Assembly (NCBI GenBank): GCA_016839765.1
Contig: JAEOTP010000016.1
Span: forward strand, 134,785 to 198,784
Direction of reading: 5' to 3'
Length of the DNA stretch: 64,000 bases
From: Promethearchaeota archaeon
GTDB taxonomy: Archaea; Asgardarchaeota; Lokiarchaeia; Sigyniarchaeales; SOKP01
Shown here: piece by piece, positions 31,034 through 39,492 of the stretch
How the letters are laid out: each line of letters opens with the position of its first letter
How positions within the stretch are numbered: the stretch's first letter is position 1
The notes under the pieces: generated by a model
The model's input: only the letters and a program-made list of their open reading frames with translations
Database searches by the model: none
Told to the model about the DNA's origin: nothing
Program-made: the position numbers and the translations under genes

Positions 31034-31582
31034 TTAAATTTTTTCTCCATAATTTCTTAAAATTTGAAATACTAAATTTTTGAATGCTTTTTCTACATTA
31101 TCCCCAAATTTCGCACTCGTTTCAATAAAATCACTTGCTTGTATTTTTTCAGCTAACTCCTTCCCCTTTTCTTCAGGAACAGTTCTGCGATCACTTAAAT
31201 CAATTTTATTACCTATTAGTATATATGCACCTTCCCTTTTTACATATTTTTTAAAATCTTTAAGCCATTTTGATTCTATGTTCTCAAATGTTTGAAAGCG
31301 TGTAACATCATAGACAACCAATGCTCCAACACACCCTTGAAAATACATAGAACGAATAACATTATATTTTTCTTGACCCGCAAGATCCCACATGATTAAT
31401 CTTACTTGAGCATTGACTTCCTCTAAATTTACATCTTTACGGACAATATTTGCACCTAAGGTTGGTTTATAATCTTCTTGAAAGGCTCCTTCAACGAATT
31501 GGTTTATTAAAGACGTTTTGCCTACTGCGGCGTCTCCTAATATTGTAATTTTAAAGACAAATTCTCGTTCTTCAGCGGTCAT
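31034..31582 (-). CDS. Rab/Ras-like small GTPase
   Basis: GDAAVGKTS, WDLAGQEKY, NKID, ETSAK. Confidence 0.95.
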   Translation of the reverse strand: MTAEEREFVFKITILGDAAVGKTSLINQFVEGAFQEDYKPTLGANIVRKDVNLEEVNAQVRLIMWDLAGQEKYNVIRSMYFQGCVGALVVYDVTRFQTFENIESKWLKDFKKYVKREGAYILIGNKIDLSDRRTVPEEKGKELAEKIQASDFIETSAKFGDNVEKAFKNLVFQILRNYGEKI

Positions 31583-31670
31583 CTCTTCTATAACAATCCT
31601 TATAATTACTAATAGGTGATTCTAATATTGGATAATTAAATATGTAACAATATTTTGATTTTTGATCTAT

Positions 31671-32282
31671 TTAATTATTTTCCTTTTTTGTTTTAAATCT
31701 TTTTTTTATTTTCAACTTTAGAACAAATGAATTGTGATGAGGATCATTTATATTCTCTTTTTCTCCAAAAAAAAATATGTGATGATTTGATGGTAATGCT
31801 TTTTCAAGTGAATGAACAAGAAATCCCCTGAATAAATCACATGACACTCCGATTTCAGAACAAAAAATACATTTATTCACTTTAATAACTATTAATTCAT
31901 CAGATTTTTCTATAATTTCTACATTCCAATCTGTTTGAATAAACTCATTGATTTCTCTTATAATATCCTCGAAATTTTTTCCATAAGGAAACAAATAAAA
32001 AGAGAATTTACGTCCAATTTCATACAGCAACTTTGACGAATCATATAATAAACAATTCTGAGCTGCAATTATTTTTTTAAAATAAAAAAAATCTATCGTT
32101 CCATCTGGATCTACTTCTCGAATATCTTTTAATTCCAATAATTCTGCTTCTCTTAAAATGGATTTCATCCCATCATAATCAAGATTATCAAGATAGGATT
32201 GTAAAAGAGCCGTAACTACTCTATTTCTAACTGTACCTCTATAATCTCCTATTATTGTGGAATTATTTGGCATATATCTCAT
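31671..32282 (-). CDS. V4R-domain protein
   Basis: LLYEIGRKF, KCIFCS...SCDLFRGFL pattern. Confidence 0.75.
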   Translation of the reverse strand: MRYMPNNSTIIGDYRGTVRNRVVTALLQSYLDNLDYDGMKSILREAELLELKDIREVDPDGTIDFFYFKKIIAAQNCLLYDSSKLLYEIGRKFSFYLFPYGKNFEDIIREINEFIQTDWNVEIIEKSDELIVIKVNKCIFCSEIGVSCDLFRGFLVHSLEKALPSNHHIFFFGEKENINDPHHNSFVLKLKIKKRFKTKKENN

Positions 32283-32604
32283 TGAAATGCATAATTTCTG
32301 TGAGTCTTTTGGTAATCATCTGATTACTTCTCTAACTCATGATTCAATTTTCTTATTCCTAATTCAATCGTGCTTATAAATTTAGAAAATTCAAAACATT
32401 TAAGCTTTTTTTTTGTGAAAATCCAAACGAAATTCATTATTAAAAAGTATTACTTTTAATGTACCTTTAATTTTAAAAAGCTAATACTAATAAAGTAATA
32501 AAAGAATTAATACAGATTTTAAATATAACGCAATATTGTTCAAAAAAAATATGAATTGAGAAACCTGTTTTTATATTTAAAAAGCATTCAAGAATTTTCC
32601 AAAT

Positions 32605-33072
32605 TTAATCAATTATTGGGATAAGGGATGACCAGAGATATATGAAGTACCTTATTAGCACTAATATAAAGCTAGCAATTCCAAAAATCAAACCAGTAAT
32701 CGCCATTCCTTTTGAATCGTCTTTAACAATTCCAATAATTCCAAAAATAACAGCTATAATACCTGATAGAATGACTACTACATTAAAAGGTATTATAATA
32801 TTAGAATAACCAAATGATCTGAGTATCATAATCAAAAACGATAAGCTAATTCCCATAATTCCAAATGATAAGGCAAGGATTCCATTGGTTTTTTGTGGTT
32901 TAAAATAACCAGGGGATGGCTTAGGTTTTACAGGTTCAACTGTTTTAACTAGAATCTCTGGTTCTTTCTGATATATAGTTGAAATTTGCTCACGTGATAG
33001 TATATGGCCACAATTTGCACAAACTTTCCAACCAGGCTCTACTGGGTTTCCACAATTTGGACAATAATTCAT
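32605..33072 (-). CDS. Zinc-ribbon + DUF4190-like membrane protein, paralog 3
   Basis: MNYCPNCG...WKVCANCGH and KDDSKGMA.. as in the 9799 and 10449 genes; start placed at the ATG matching the paralogs. Confidence 0.85.
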   Translation of the reverse strand: MNYCPNCGNPVEPGWKVCANCGHILSREQISTIYQKEPEILVKTVEPVKPKPSPGYFKPQKTNGILALSFGIMGISLSFLIMILRSFGYSNIIIPFNVVVILSGIIAVIFGIIGIVKDDSKGMAITGLIFGIASFILVLIRYFIYLWSSLIPIID

Positions 33073-33207
33073 ACCTAATATTAACAAAAGTGTATATTTA
33101 TTTCTTTTCTTCCAATGGTAAATGTTTCATTAAAAGCGGATAAAGTTGGAATACAGCTAAACAAAATTAACAAAAAACGAATAATAAAATATATTTATAA
33201 AAATGGT

Positions 33208-34917
33208 TTATTCCTTTACCGTCTCTAAAAGTTCCTCAATTTCAGACTGAATTTCGTCTGGTTTCTTCGCTTCTTCTCCTTGAATGGCTAAGGCGCGCTC
33301 TAAGCGCTCCCTATGAAGTGTATTCATGGCGCAGAATGGAACCTCTAAGACTTTTGATGAGTCCTCTGGATCAATCACGCCGTAATGGACAAGACAGCGG
33401 CAAACTCTATCTAAGTCAAAATTGTAAGAATCTTGAAAATGCATCGAGCTAATTAAAAGATTTTTCTCGTGAAAGAATTTCCCAGCAGATTGAAGATTGG
33501 GAAAAGCAATCAGGCGAGAGAATGCTATTAGCGTTTTACTTGTTAACAATTTCGTAGGATTACGTACGTATCTCATAGCCCCGGCAAAATAGTAAGCTTT
33601 CATCATCTGACGATATCCTAAGCTCGTTATATCATCGACAAACTTTCCTATCGTACTTGCGATACTCCCAAACTCCTCTAAATTGATACCCTTGAGGAGT
33701 CCAGTAGGTTTAGGAACTTCTTGTTTCTGGGCCATATCATATACTTTATTTGACCACCGGATGAGCCCTTCCGCGTCAAAGTAGTTTTCAATTGGTTCCC
33801 ACTCATCCTTGGCATTGATAACGCAAATTGTCGCAAATCCGCAATCTGAGTGGCTGGTTGGGCTCCACTCAGGCACATCGTCGAACCATGCTAATAATCG
33901 TGTCATTTTAGCGGTGGTTGCTAACGGATAGAATTTGGTAATTGCATTATTTGTGTGTTTATTTATTGCTATTTTCAAATCTGAGGTTGTATATCGTATA
34001 TCCATCAACTCTTCAAAGCTTATGCGACCACATAGAGATACAGGTTGATAAATAATTCCAGAAATAACATCATTATTGTCTTTAGCATAGTCCATAATCT
34101 TTCCAACTTCTTGATCATTTACTCCTTTAGCTATTACTGGGACTAACATTACACCATAAAATCCTATTTTTCTGGCATTCTCAATCACTCTTTGTTTTAA
34201 AGGCCAAAGATTTACGCCTCTTATCTTTTTCCATACTTCAGGGTTATCAGTTGCATCGAATTGCAAATATATAGCATCCATTCCAGCATCTTTGCATTGT
34301 TTCATAAATTCAATTGACTTGGCAAATCTAACTCCATTGGTGGTAACCATAACTTCAATAAAGCCTAATTCTTTACCTTTTCGAATGATCTCAGGGAGAT
34401 CATCTCTAATTGTAGGTTCTCCACCAGAAATTTGTAATAAAACGGCTGCTGTGGGTTTCATTGATCTAAAATGCTCCATGATCTGGACAATTTGATCATA
34501 CGTTGGTTGGACAACGTATCCCTTTGCACTAGCATTAGCAAAACAAATCGGGCACGCTAGATTACACCTATTAGTGATATCAATTAAACAAATATTAGGG
34601 GCGCTTTTATGGTTTTCACAAATTCCACAATCATAAGGGCAACCTTCATTACATTCCTTTATTCCCGAAGAGACATACTCAGGTTTTGTAGTATGATCTA
34701 CTGTAGAACCAATCTCATCCGTAAATGTTTGCTGCCATTTATATTCTTCTGGATCTATACTAAGTTTATCTTTAAAATCTCCGTGTTCTTCACAATTTTT
34801 CCTCATCATTACCCAATTTGTATTATCATCGACGTAGATTTCGGCTGCTATTGGCTGTAAGCATTCTGGACATATACTTGTTGTGCGTCTTATAATTTCT
34901 TCAGTCATAAGTATCAT
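33208..34917 (-). CDS. tes: Tetraether lipid synthase (GDGT macrocyclase, MJ0619/Tes radical SAM family)
   Basis: SICPEC...KNCEEHG, GCPYDCGICENH, TNRCNLACPICFANA, HSDCG, MHFQD.YNFDLDRV.RC..HY, VPFCAMN. Confidence 0.88.
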   Translation of the reverse strand: MILMTEEIIRRTTSICPECLQPIAAEIYVDDNTNWVMMRKNCEEHGDFKDKLSIDPEEYKWQQTFTDEIGSTVDHTTKPEYVSSGIKECNEGCPYDCGICENHKSAPNICLIDITNRCNLACPICFANASAKGYVVQPTYDQIVQIMEHFRSMKPTAAVLLQISGGEPTIRDDLPEIIRKGKELGFIEVMVTTNGVRFAKSIEFMKQCKDAGMDAIYLQFDATDNPEVWKKIRGVNLWPLKQRVIENARKIGFYGVMLVPVIAKGVNDQEVGKIMDYAKDNNDVISGIIYQPVSLCGRISFEELMDIRYTTSDLKIAINKHTNNAITKFYPLATTAKMTRLLAWFDDVPEWSPTSHSDCGFATICVINAKDEWEPIENYFDAEGLIRWSNKVYDMAQKQEVPKPTGLLKGINLEEFGSIASTIGKFVDDITSLGYRQMMKAYYFAGAMRYVRNPTKLLTSKTLIAFSRLIAFPNLQSAGKFFHEKNLLISSMHFQDSYNFDLDRVCRCLVHYGVIDPEDSSKVLEVPFCAMNTLHRERLERALAIQGEEAKKPDEIQSEIEELLETVKE

Positions 34918-35073
34918 TTTTTATTTTTTTTTTTAATAAAAACATTATTTAATTAAAAGGTTAGTTAACTTTTCTATAAAAATTTTTTATATAAAATAAT
35001 ACTTGGATTAGTATTATTATTTTCTTTTATGTTTTTTAATAAGAAATATCAAAAATCATGATTATCAGGTGAA

Positions 35074-35102
35074 TTTTATCATGATTATTAATCATGATAA
35101 AA
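35074..35102. promoter_or_regulatory. Perfect 29-bp palindrome TTTTATCATGATTA-T-TAATCATGATAAAA, with a third ATCATGAT at 35055
   Basis: 14-bp perfect arms, about 160 bp upstream of tes. Confidence 0.6.
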
Positions 35103-35246
35103 AAAATAGAAAAAATAGAAACCTAAACTTTCTCTTTTTTACTTTTTAGCATAACAAATTATTTGTTAAAGGCTCAATATTAATAATTTTTTGCATTAGG
35201 TACAAAATTAAATAAAAAAGTTTTATTTCTTGATTTTTTAAGGGGA

Positions 35247-35399
35247 GACTCCTGCCACCAAGACCTAATAATAAGGTCAGAAACAAAATAGGGGGAGGAG
35301 GGCGAAATCAGAGTGTGTTTTTACACACTACCAAAAGACAAAAATCCAGGGTAGTGACAGGAGTCATGTTATTAAATCTTTATTTCTCTCCCTATTTTG
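35247..35399. ncRNA. Putative structured non-coding RNA / cis-regulatory element
   Basis: GC-rich island with five complementary segment pairs (see findings); strand uncertain. Confidence 0.5.
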
Positions 35400-35639
35400 A
35401 TTTTAATTTTATTAATAATACTTTTTAAATTTTTATCTTATAATGGAAATAAATAATGATTCAAAATGGAAATTAAAAATCTTTATTATGAAATAAATAG
35501 ATTTGGAGATATTTAAAATAATTGTCGAATTTTGAAAATTTTTATTGACAGAATAGTGAAAATTTGCTGGTATTAATTTATGAAAATACTTAAGTCTTAG
35601 TAAACTAATAAAATGATTTAATATTTTAAAGATATAACT

Positions 35640-36017
35640 ATGAGAGAAACTGTAGGACAAGAAGAGCCGCCATTAAAATATGATGTATTTACAATAATAT
35701 TCTTTGCGATTGGCTTTATAGCTTCATGGTTTAATATGATATTAATTTTAGAAGCACCCAGATATATTGAGGTTATAGCATATTTATCAATAATTTTTAC
35801 TACAATTATTCCAGGTGTTATTATTGCTTTAAAAAAGAGATATTGGGGTTATGGTTATTTATTTGGGTTTTCTGTTGCGGGGATCCCTTTTATGATTATA
35901 ATTGACTTGTTCATTGGGGGTTATACATGTATTACTACTTTATTTATCTTTATAATATTATGGTTAATATTTTGGAAAACATGGCGTTCTCTTAGCTCTA
36001 TAAAGGTGGATGCGTAA
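35640..36017 (+). CDS. Small four-TM membrane protein
   Basis: Four hydrophobic segments; WGYGYLFG. Confidence 0.75.
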   Translation: MRETVGQEEPPLKYDVFTIIFFAIGFIASWFNMILILEAPRYIEVIAYLSIIFTTIIPGVIIALKKRYWGYGYLFGFSVAGIPFMIIIDLFIGGYTCITTLFIFIILWLIFWKTWRSLSSIKVDA

Positions 36018-36069
36018 ATAGAAGATAAAATTTTTGACTTTTATATTTAAAAAAATAGTAAAAGAAACA

Positions 36070-36555
36070 TTATTTAGAATGTAAGGGAATATCTTCTATA
36101 GTAATATTGTTGACTCTTTTTATCGATAAAAACTTTTCTTTTATCAATTCTGTATTTAAATGACTGGATTCAAGAGTGTCTCCAATTAGATATGTTTCAT
36201 AAAAGCATTTTTCTAATTCATAACAAATACCAGTTGTGTGTAGTATATCTTTACTTAAATTTAGTTCACTTAGTACTTCTGAAATACCTTTAACAATTTC
36301 TGGTGAAAATTCTTCTAATTTTATTAGAATTTTCTTAATTAGTTTAGTATTTGTAGGAAAACAACTTACTTTTATAACATCTTCTCGGGATATAAAAATT
36401 AATAGATAATAAGGCGAATCAATAATTTCTTCTTTTACTTCGTCAGGAAAAATAGTAAATTTCAAATCTTCTTTTGTTATAATTAGACCCAAGGAGATTT
36501 TGTTTTTTTCTTTTCTCTCAGTGTTTTTTGTAACCATATCCATCAAAAAATCCAA
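36070..36555 (-). CDS. Hypothetical protein (possible C-terminal ACT-like fold)
   Basis: ILHTTGICYELEKCFYETY; alternating alpha/beta pattern. Confidence 0.65.
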   Translation of the reverse strand: MDFLMDMVTKNTERKEKNKISLGLIITKEDLKFTIFPDEVKEEIIDSPYYLLIFISREDVIKVSCFPTNTKLIKKILIKLEEFSPEIVKGISEVLSELNLSKDILHTTGICYELEKCFYETYLIGDTLESSHLNTELIKEKFLSIKRVNNITIEDIPLHSK

Positions 36556-36787
36556 AGTAATTAAAAATATATGTCTATTAATAAAATTTGTTTGTTTTTA
36601 ATATTTATTTTTTTTTAATTTAATCTATACAATTTAAAATTCGTAATTTGGTATGTAATTAAAAAGACATTGAGTAAAGATAAAAAGTTATAATCTGGAT
36701 ATTACAAAGATAACATACATATTTTAAAAAACAATTTAAAGTTTGTTAATTAGGTGATTTTGATTATTATAGAGAAAATTTTGAATT

Positions 36788-37282
36788 ATGTCTTATAAAT
36801 TTAATGATATTGACCAAAATATGGAATTTGGCTTTGATGTTAAAAGGATCAGCCGAAATGAGTGCTATTTTCATGCAATATATTTTTTAGATAATTTAAC
36901 AGGTTCTCTCCTGGTTAGTAAAAAATATTCTGAATATTTAAATTCTCCTTCAAATGGAGATTTGATCAGTGGGTTTTTAACTGCTCTAAATTTATTTATA
37001 AAAGAAATAAAGCCTGGTGATACGGATGAAGAGATTCAGGAAATCAATTTTAAAGAAACACGAATTTTATATGAAAGAAGAGGAAGACTTACTGTAATTG
37101 CGATAACTAAAAAATCAACTATTCAATTTGAAAGACATATCTTAAATCTAATTGTAGATGATTTTTATAATCGGTTTGGAAGATCAATAAATCATTTTAA
37201 TGGTCTTATTGAACCTACAATTTTAGATTATAAAAAGAAGTTAAAGGTGCTTGGTTTATATAATTCTGATTTTGAAAAATAA
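36788..37282 (+). CDS. Longin-like domain protein
   Basis: IYFLDNLTGSLLVSKKY...DLISGFLTALNLFIKEI...EEIQEINF...RILYE pattern. Confidence 0.7.
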   Translation: MSYKFNDIDQNMEFGFDVKRISRNECYFHAIYFLDNLTGSLLVSKKYSEYLNSPSNGDLISGFLTALNLFIKEIKPGDTDEEIQEINFKETRILYERRGRLTVIAITKKSTIQFERHILNLIVDDFYNRFGRSINHFNGLIEPTILDYKKKLKVLGLYNSDFEK

Positions 37283-37306
37283 AGCTTTTAGAAATTATTT
37301 AGAAGG

Positions 37307-38464
37307 TTATTCTTCTTTCTTTTTCTCCTCGATTTTTTTGATTTCCCCTTCGATCTTTTCACTTATTCCCTTTATATCAGGCTTAATTTCCATTCGCTTT
37401 AAATCTTCTTCTCGTTGTTTGTCTCTTCTAAAAGCTTTTTCACTAATTATCTTTTCAATTGCTTCTCCTGCTTTTTCTAAATCTGGCTTTAATTCCAATC
37501 TTTTCATATCTTCCTCACGTTGTTTATCAATTCTAAAAGCTTTCTCACTTATCGTTTTTTCAATGGCTTGACCAACTTTTTCCAAATCTGGTTTAATTTT
37601 TTTACGTTCTTCTGCCGCCTCACGTTGCTTTTCTAATCTAAATGCTTTTTCACTCACTGATTGGCTTATTACCTCACTTGCTTTTTCTACATCTGGTTTC
37701 AATTCCATTCTTTTTTGATCTATCTCTCTTTGTTTATCTATTCTAAATGCTTTTTCTGCTACGGTTTTACTTATTGCCTCTCCTGTTTTTCTAAAGTCTG
37801 GTTTCAGTTCCAATCTTTTCATATCTTCCTCACGTTGTTTATCAATTCTAAAAGCTTTCTCACTTATCGTTTTTTCGATGGCTTGTCCAGCTTTCTCTAG
37901 ATCAGGTTTTATTTTAAATCGTTGGGAGTCGCTTTCCTTCTTTTTCTCAATTAAAAAAGCTTTTTCATCGATGGATTTACTAATTGCTTCGCTTGTTTTT
38001 TCTAAATCTGGTTTAATCTTAAGCCTTTGAGCATCACTTTCTCTCTTTTTTTCTATCATGAATACTTTTTGGTCAACAGATTTACTTATAACCTCTCCAG
38101 TACCTTTTATATCCGGTTTTAGTTCTATTCTTTGTAAATCTTCTTCACGCTGCTTCTCTCGTAAAAACGCTTTTTCACCAATTGTTTTTTCAATAGCACT
38201 TCCTTTTTGTTCTATATCAGGTTTTATTTTCATTCTTTCTAGATCTTTTTCTCGTTGTTTCTCTCGCAGGAAGCTTTTTTCTGAAATCAAATTGGAAATT
38301 AGATCTTTGCTTTCTTCAAATGCCTTTTTTCTTTGTTCTTCAGTTAGTTTAAGATATTGTTCTCTTTCTTCTTTTTCTTTTTTATAAAGTTCATTAACAA
38401 TTTTTTTTTGTTTTTCAATTTCTTCTGGAGTTAAATGATTTTCATTTTCTTCCAATTTCCTCAC
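37307..38464 (-). CDS. Highly charged protein made of 35-aa tandem repeats
   Basis: Eight full exact-length 35-aa units plus partial units at both ends; consensus KPDLEKaGeAIeKtIsEKAFridKQREeDxkRxei. Confidence 0.85.
   Translation of the reverse strand: MRKLEENENHLTPEEIEKQKKIVNELYKKEKEEREQYLKLTEEQRKKAFEESKDLISNLISEKSFLREKQREKDLERMKIKPDIEQKGSAIEKTIGEKAFLREKQREEDLQRIELKPDIKGTGEVISKSVDQKVFMIEKKRESDAQRLKIKPDLEKTSEAISKSIDEKAFLIEKKKESDSQRFKIKPDLEKAGQAIEKTISEKAFRIDKQREEDMKRLELKPDFRKTGEAISKTVAEKAFRIDKQREIDQKRMELKPDVEKASEVISQSVSEKAFRLEKQREAAEERKKIKPDLEKVGQAIEKTISEKAFRIDKQREEDMKRLELKPDLEKAGEAIEKIISEKAFRRDKQREEDLKRMEIKPDIKGISEKIEGEIKKIEEKKKEE
37385..38224 (-). repeat. 105-bp tandem coding repeat (8 full units)
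   Basis: Repeated units visible in the DNA; a ~70-nt identical stretch recurs at 37501 and 37816 (315 bp = 3 units apart). Confidence 0.9.
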
Positions 38465-38623
38465 TTCAAAAAAAATAAAATACGTGTTGTTAAATATAAT
38501 ATCAAAATTTGTATTTATTAATTTACTTATCCAAGAATTAATAGTTTTGAATTTAAAGTAAGAAAATCAATTATTATATGGTAAAGGTTTACAAACTCTG
38601 AAGATTTTATAATTGTTATATTT

Positions 38624-39370
38624 CTATTTTATTGGTATAGGTTCAAATGACTCTTCAGAAACCGAATCCATCAAACTAATCATGGTAAGCTTCATCGTGA
38701 GCATTTCCATAACTTCTGTTAATAATTTTTGATAATAGTTTGATGTTCTATCAACATTATATTTAGAAATAATTTCGTCATATTTTCTTTTCAGCAATAA
38801 TTTTAAATTTTCTTGGAAATCTAAATCCAGTTTTTGTGTTTTTAACCAATTATCAATCTGATCTTTAATTTGAATTCCTAATTCATCATCTTTGACATAT
38901 CTAATTTCTACTTCTTCGATATATTGTAGATTATCAAGATATTCCTGATCTTGATACATTGGCTTTAAAAGAAGACCTAAATTGATTATTAGTGGTTGAA
39001 TTTGCAATTTATCTAAAGAATCAGATAAAAGTTTTAAAATTTGCCGTTTTTGGGTTAATTTTGCATAATTTATATAATCTTGAATGAAGTTTAATAGTGC
39101 ATTTTTTATTAATAATTCTTGAAAATCGTTTATTGATTCGATTTCTAAGTCAAGAGTTTTTTCAATACAATTATATACAGCATTCATAAATGGTTTTATG
39201 TTCTTAAACATGGAAAAATAGTAAATAAATTGAACAACTTTCCCTAAAATCTCTTCTTTTATGTTATCTGATTCAAAAGAAGAGTCAACTTTCTGTTTAA
39301 GATTAAAAGAATTATCAGAAATTGATAAGAAGATCTTTATATCTGAATATTTAGATTCAAATACCATCAA
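38624..39370 (-). CDS. Hypothetical alpha-helical protein
   Basis: 248-aa ORF, no recognisable motif. Confidence 0.7.
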   Translation of the reverse strand: MMVFESKYSDIKIFLSISDNSFNLKQKVDSSFESDNIKEEILGKVVQFIYYFSMFKNIKPFMNAVYNCIEKTLDLEIESINDFQELLIKNALLNFIQDYINYAKLTQKRQILKLLSDSLDKLQIQPLIINLGLLLKPMYQDQEYLDNLQYIEEVEIRYVKDDELGIQIKDQIDNWLKTQKLDLDFQENLKLLLKRKYDEIISKYNVDRTSNYYQKLLTEVMEMLTMKLTMISLMDSVSEESFEPIPIK

Positions 39371-39492
39371 TGATCTTATTCAACCATACTATTAAAAAAT
39401 TTATTTTAATTGATGAGAAAAACAAGAATAAAGGTAAAAATATTAGAGTCGTTGATGTTTCTTGAATAAATTTAATGAATTTTAAAACTTGA

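Noticed and set aside
32283-32345. Selenocysteine read-through extension upstream of the V4R gene
   Set aside because: Two in-frame TGAs in non-protein-like sequence. I found no convincing in-frame UGA selenoprotein in the window, although the search was by eye only.
35247-35399. Structured element as tRNA, tRNA-Sec, 5S rRNA or SECIS
   Set aside because: No TTCRA T-loop or cloverleaf spacing, no recognisable 5S motifs, and it is not in the 3' UTR of a UGA-containing gene.
35433-35660. 75-aa minus-strand ORF
   Set aside because: Very AT-rich low-complexity translation overlapping the promoter and start of the 35640 gene.
37385-38224. Tandem repeat as a CRISPR array
   Set aside because: 105-bp in-frame coding units with no unique spacers and no cas genes.
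37251-38387. Plus-strand ORFs 37251, 37661 and 38058 over the repeat gene
   Set aside because: Antisense shadows (Ser/Phe/Leu-rich) of the Lys/Glu-rich repeat protein.
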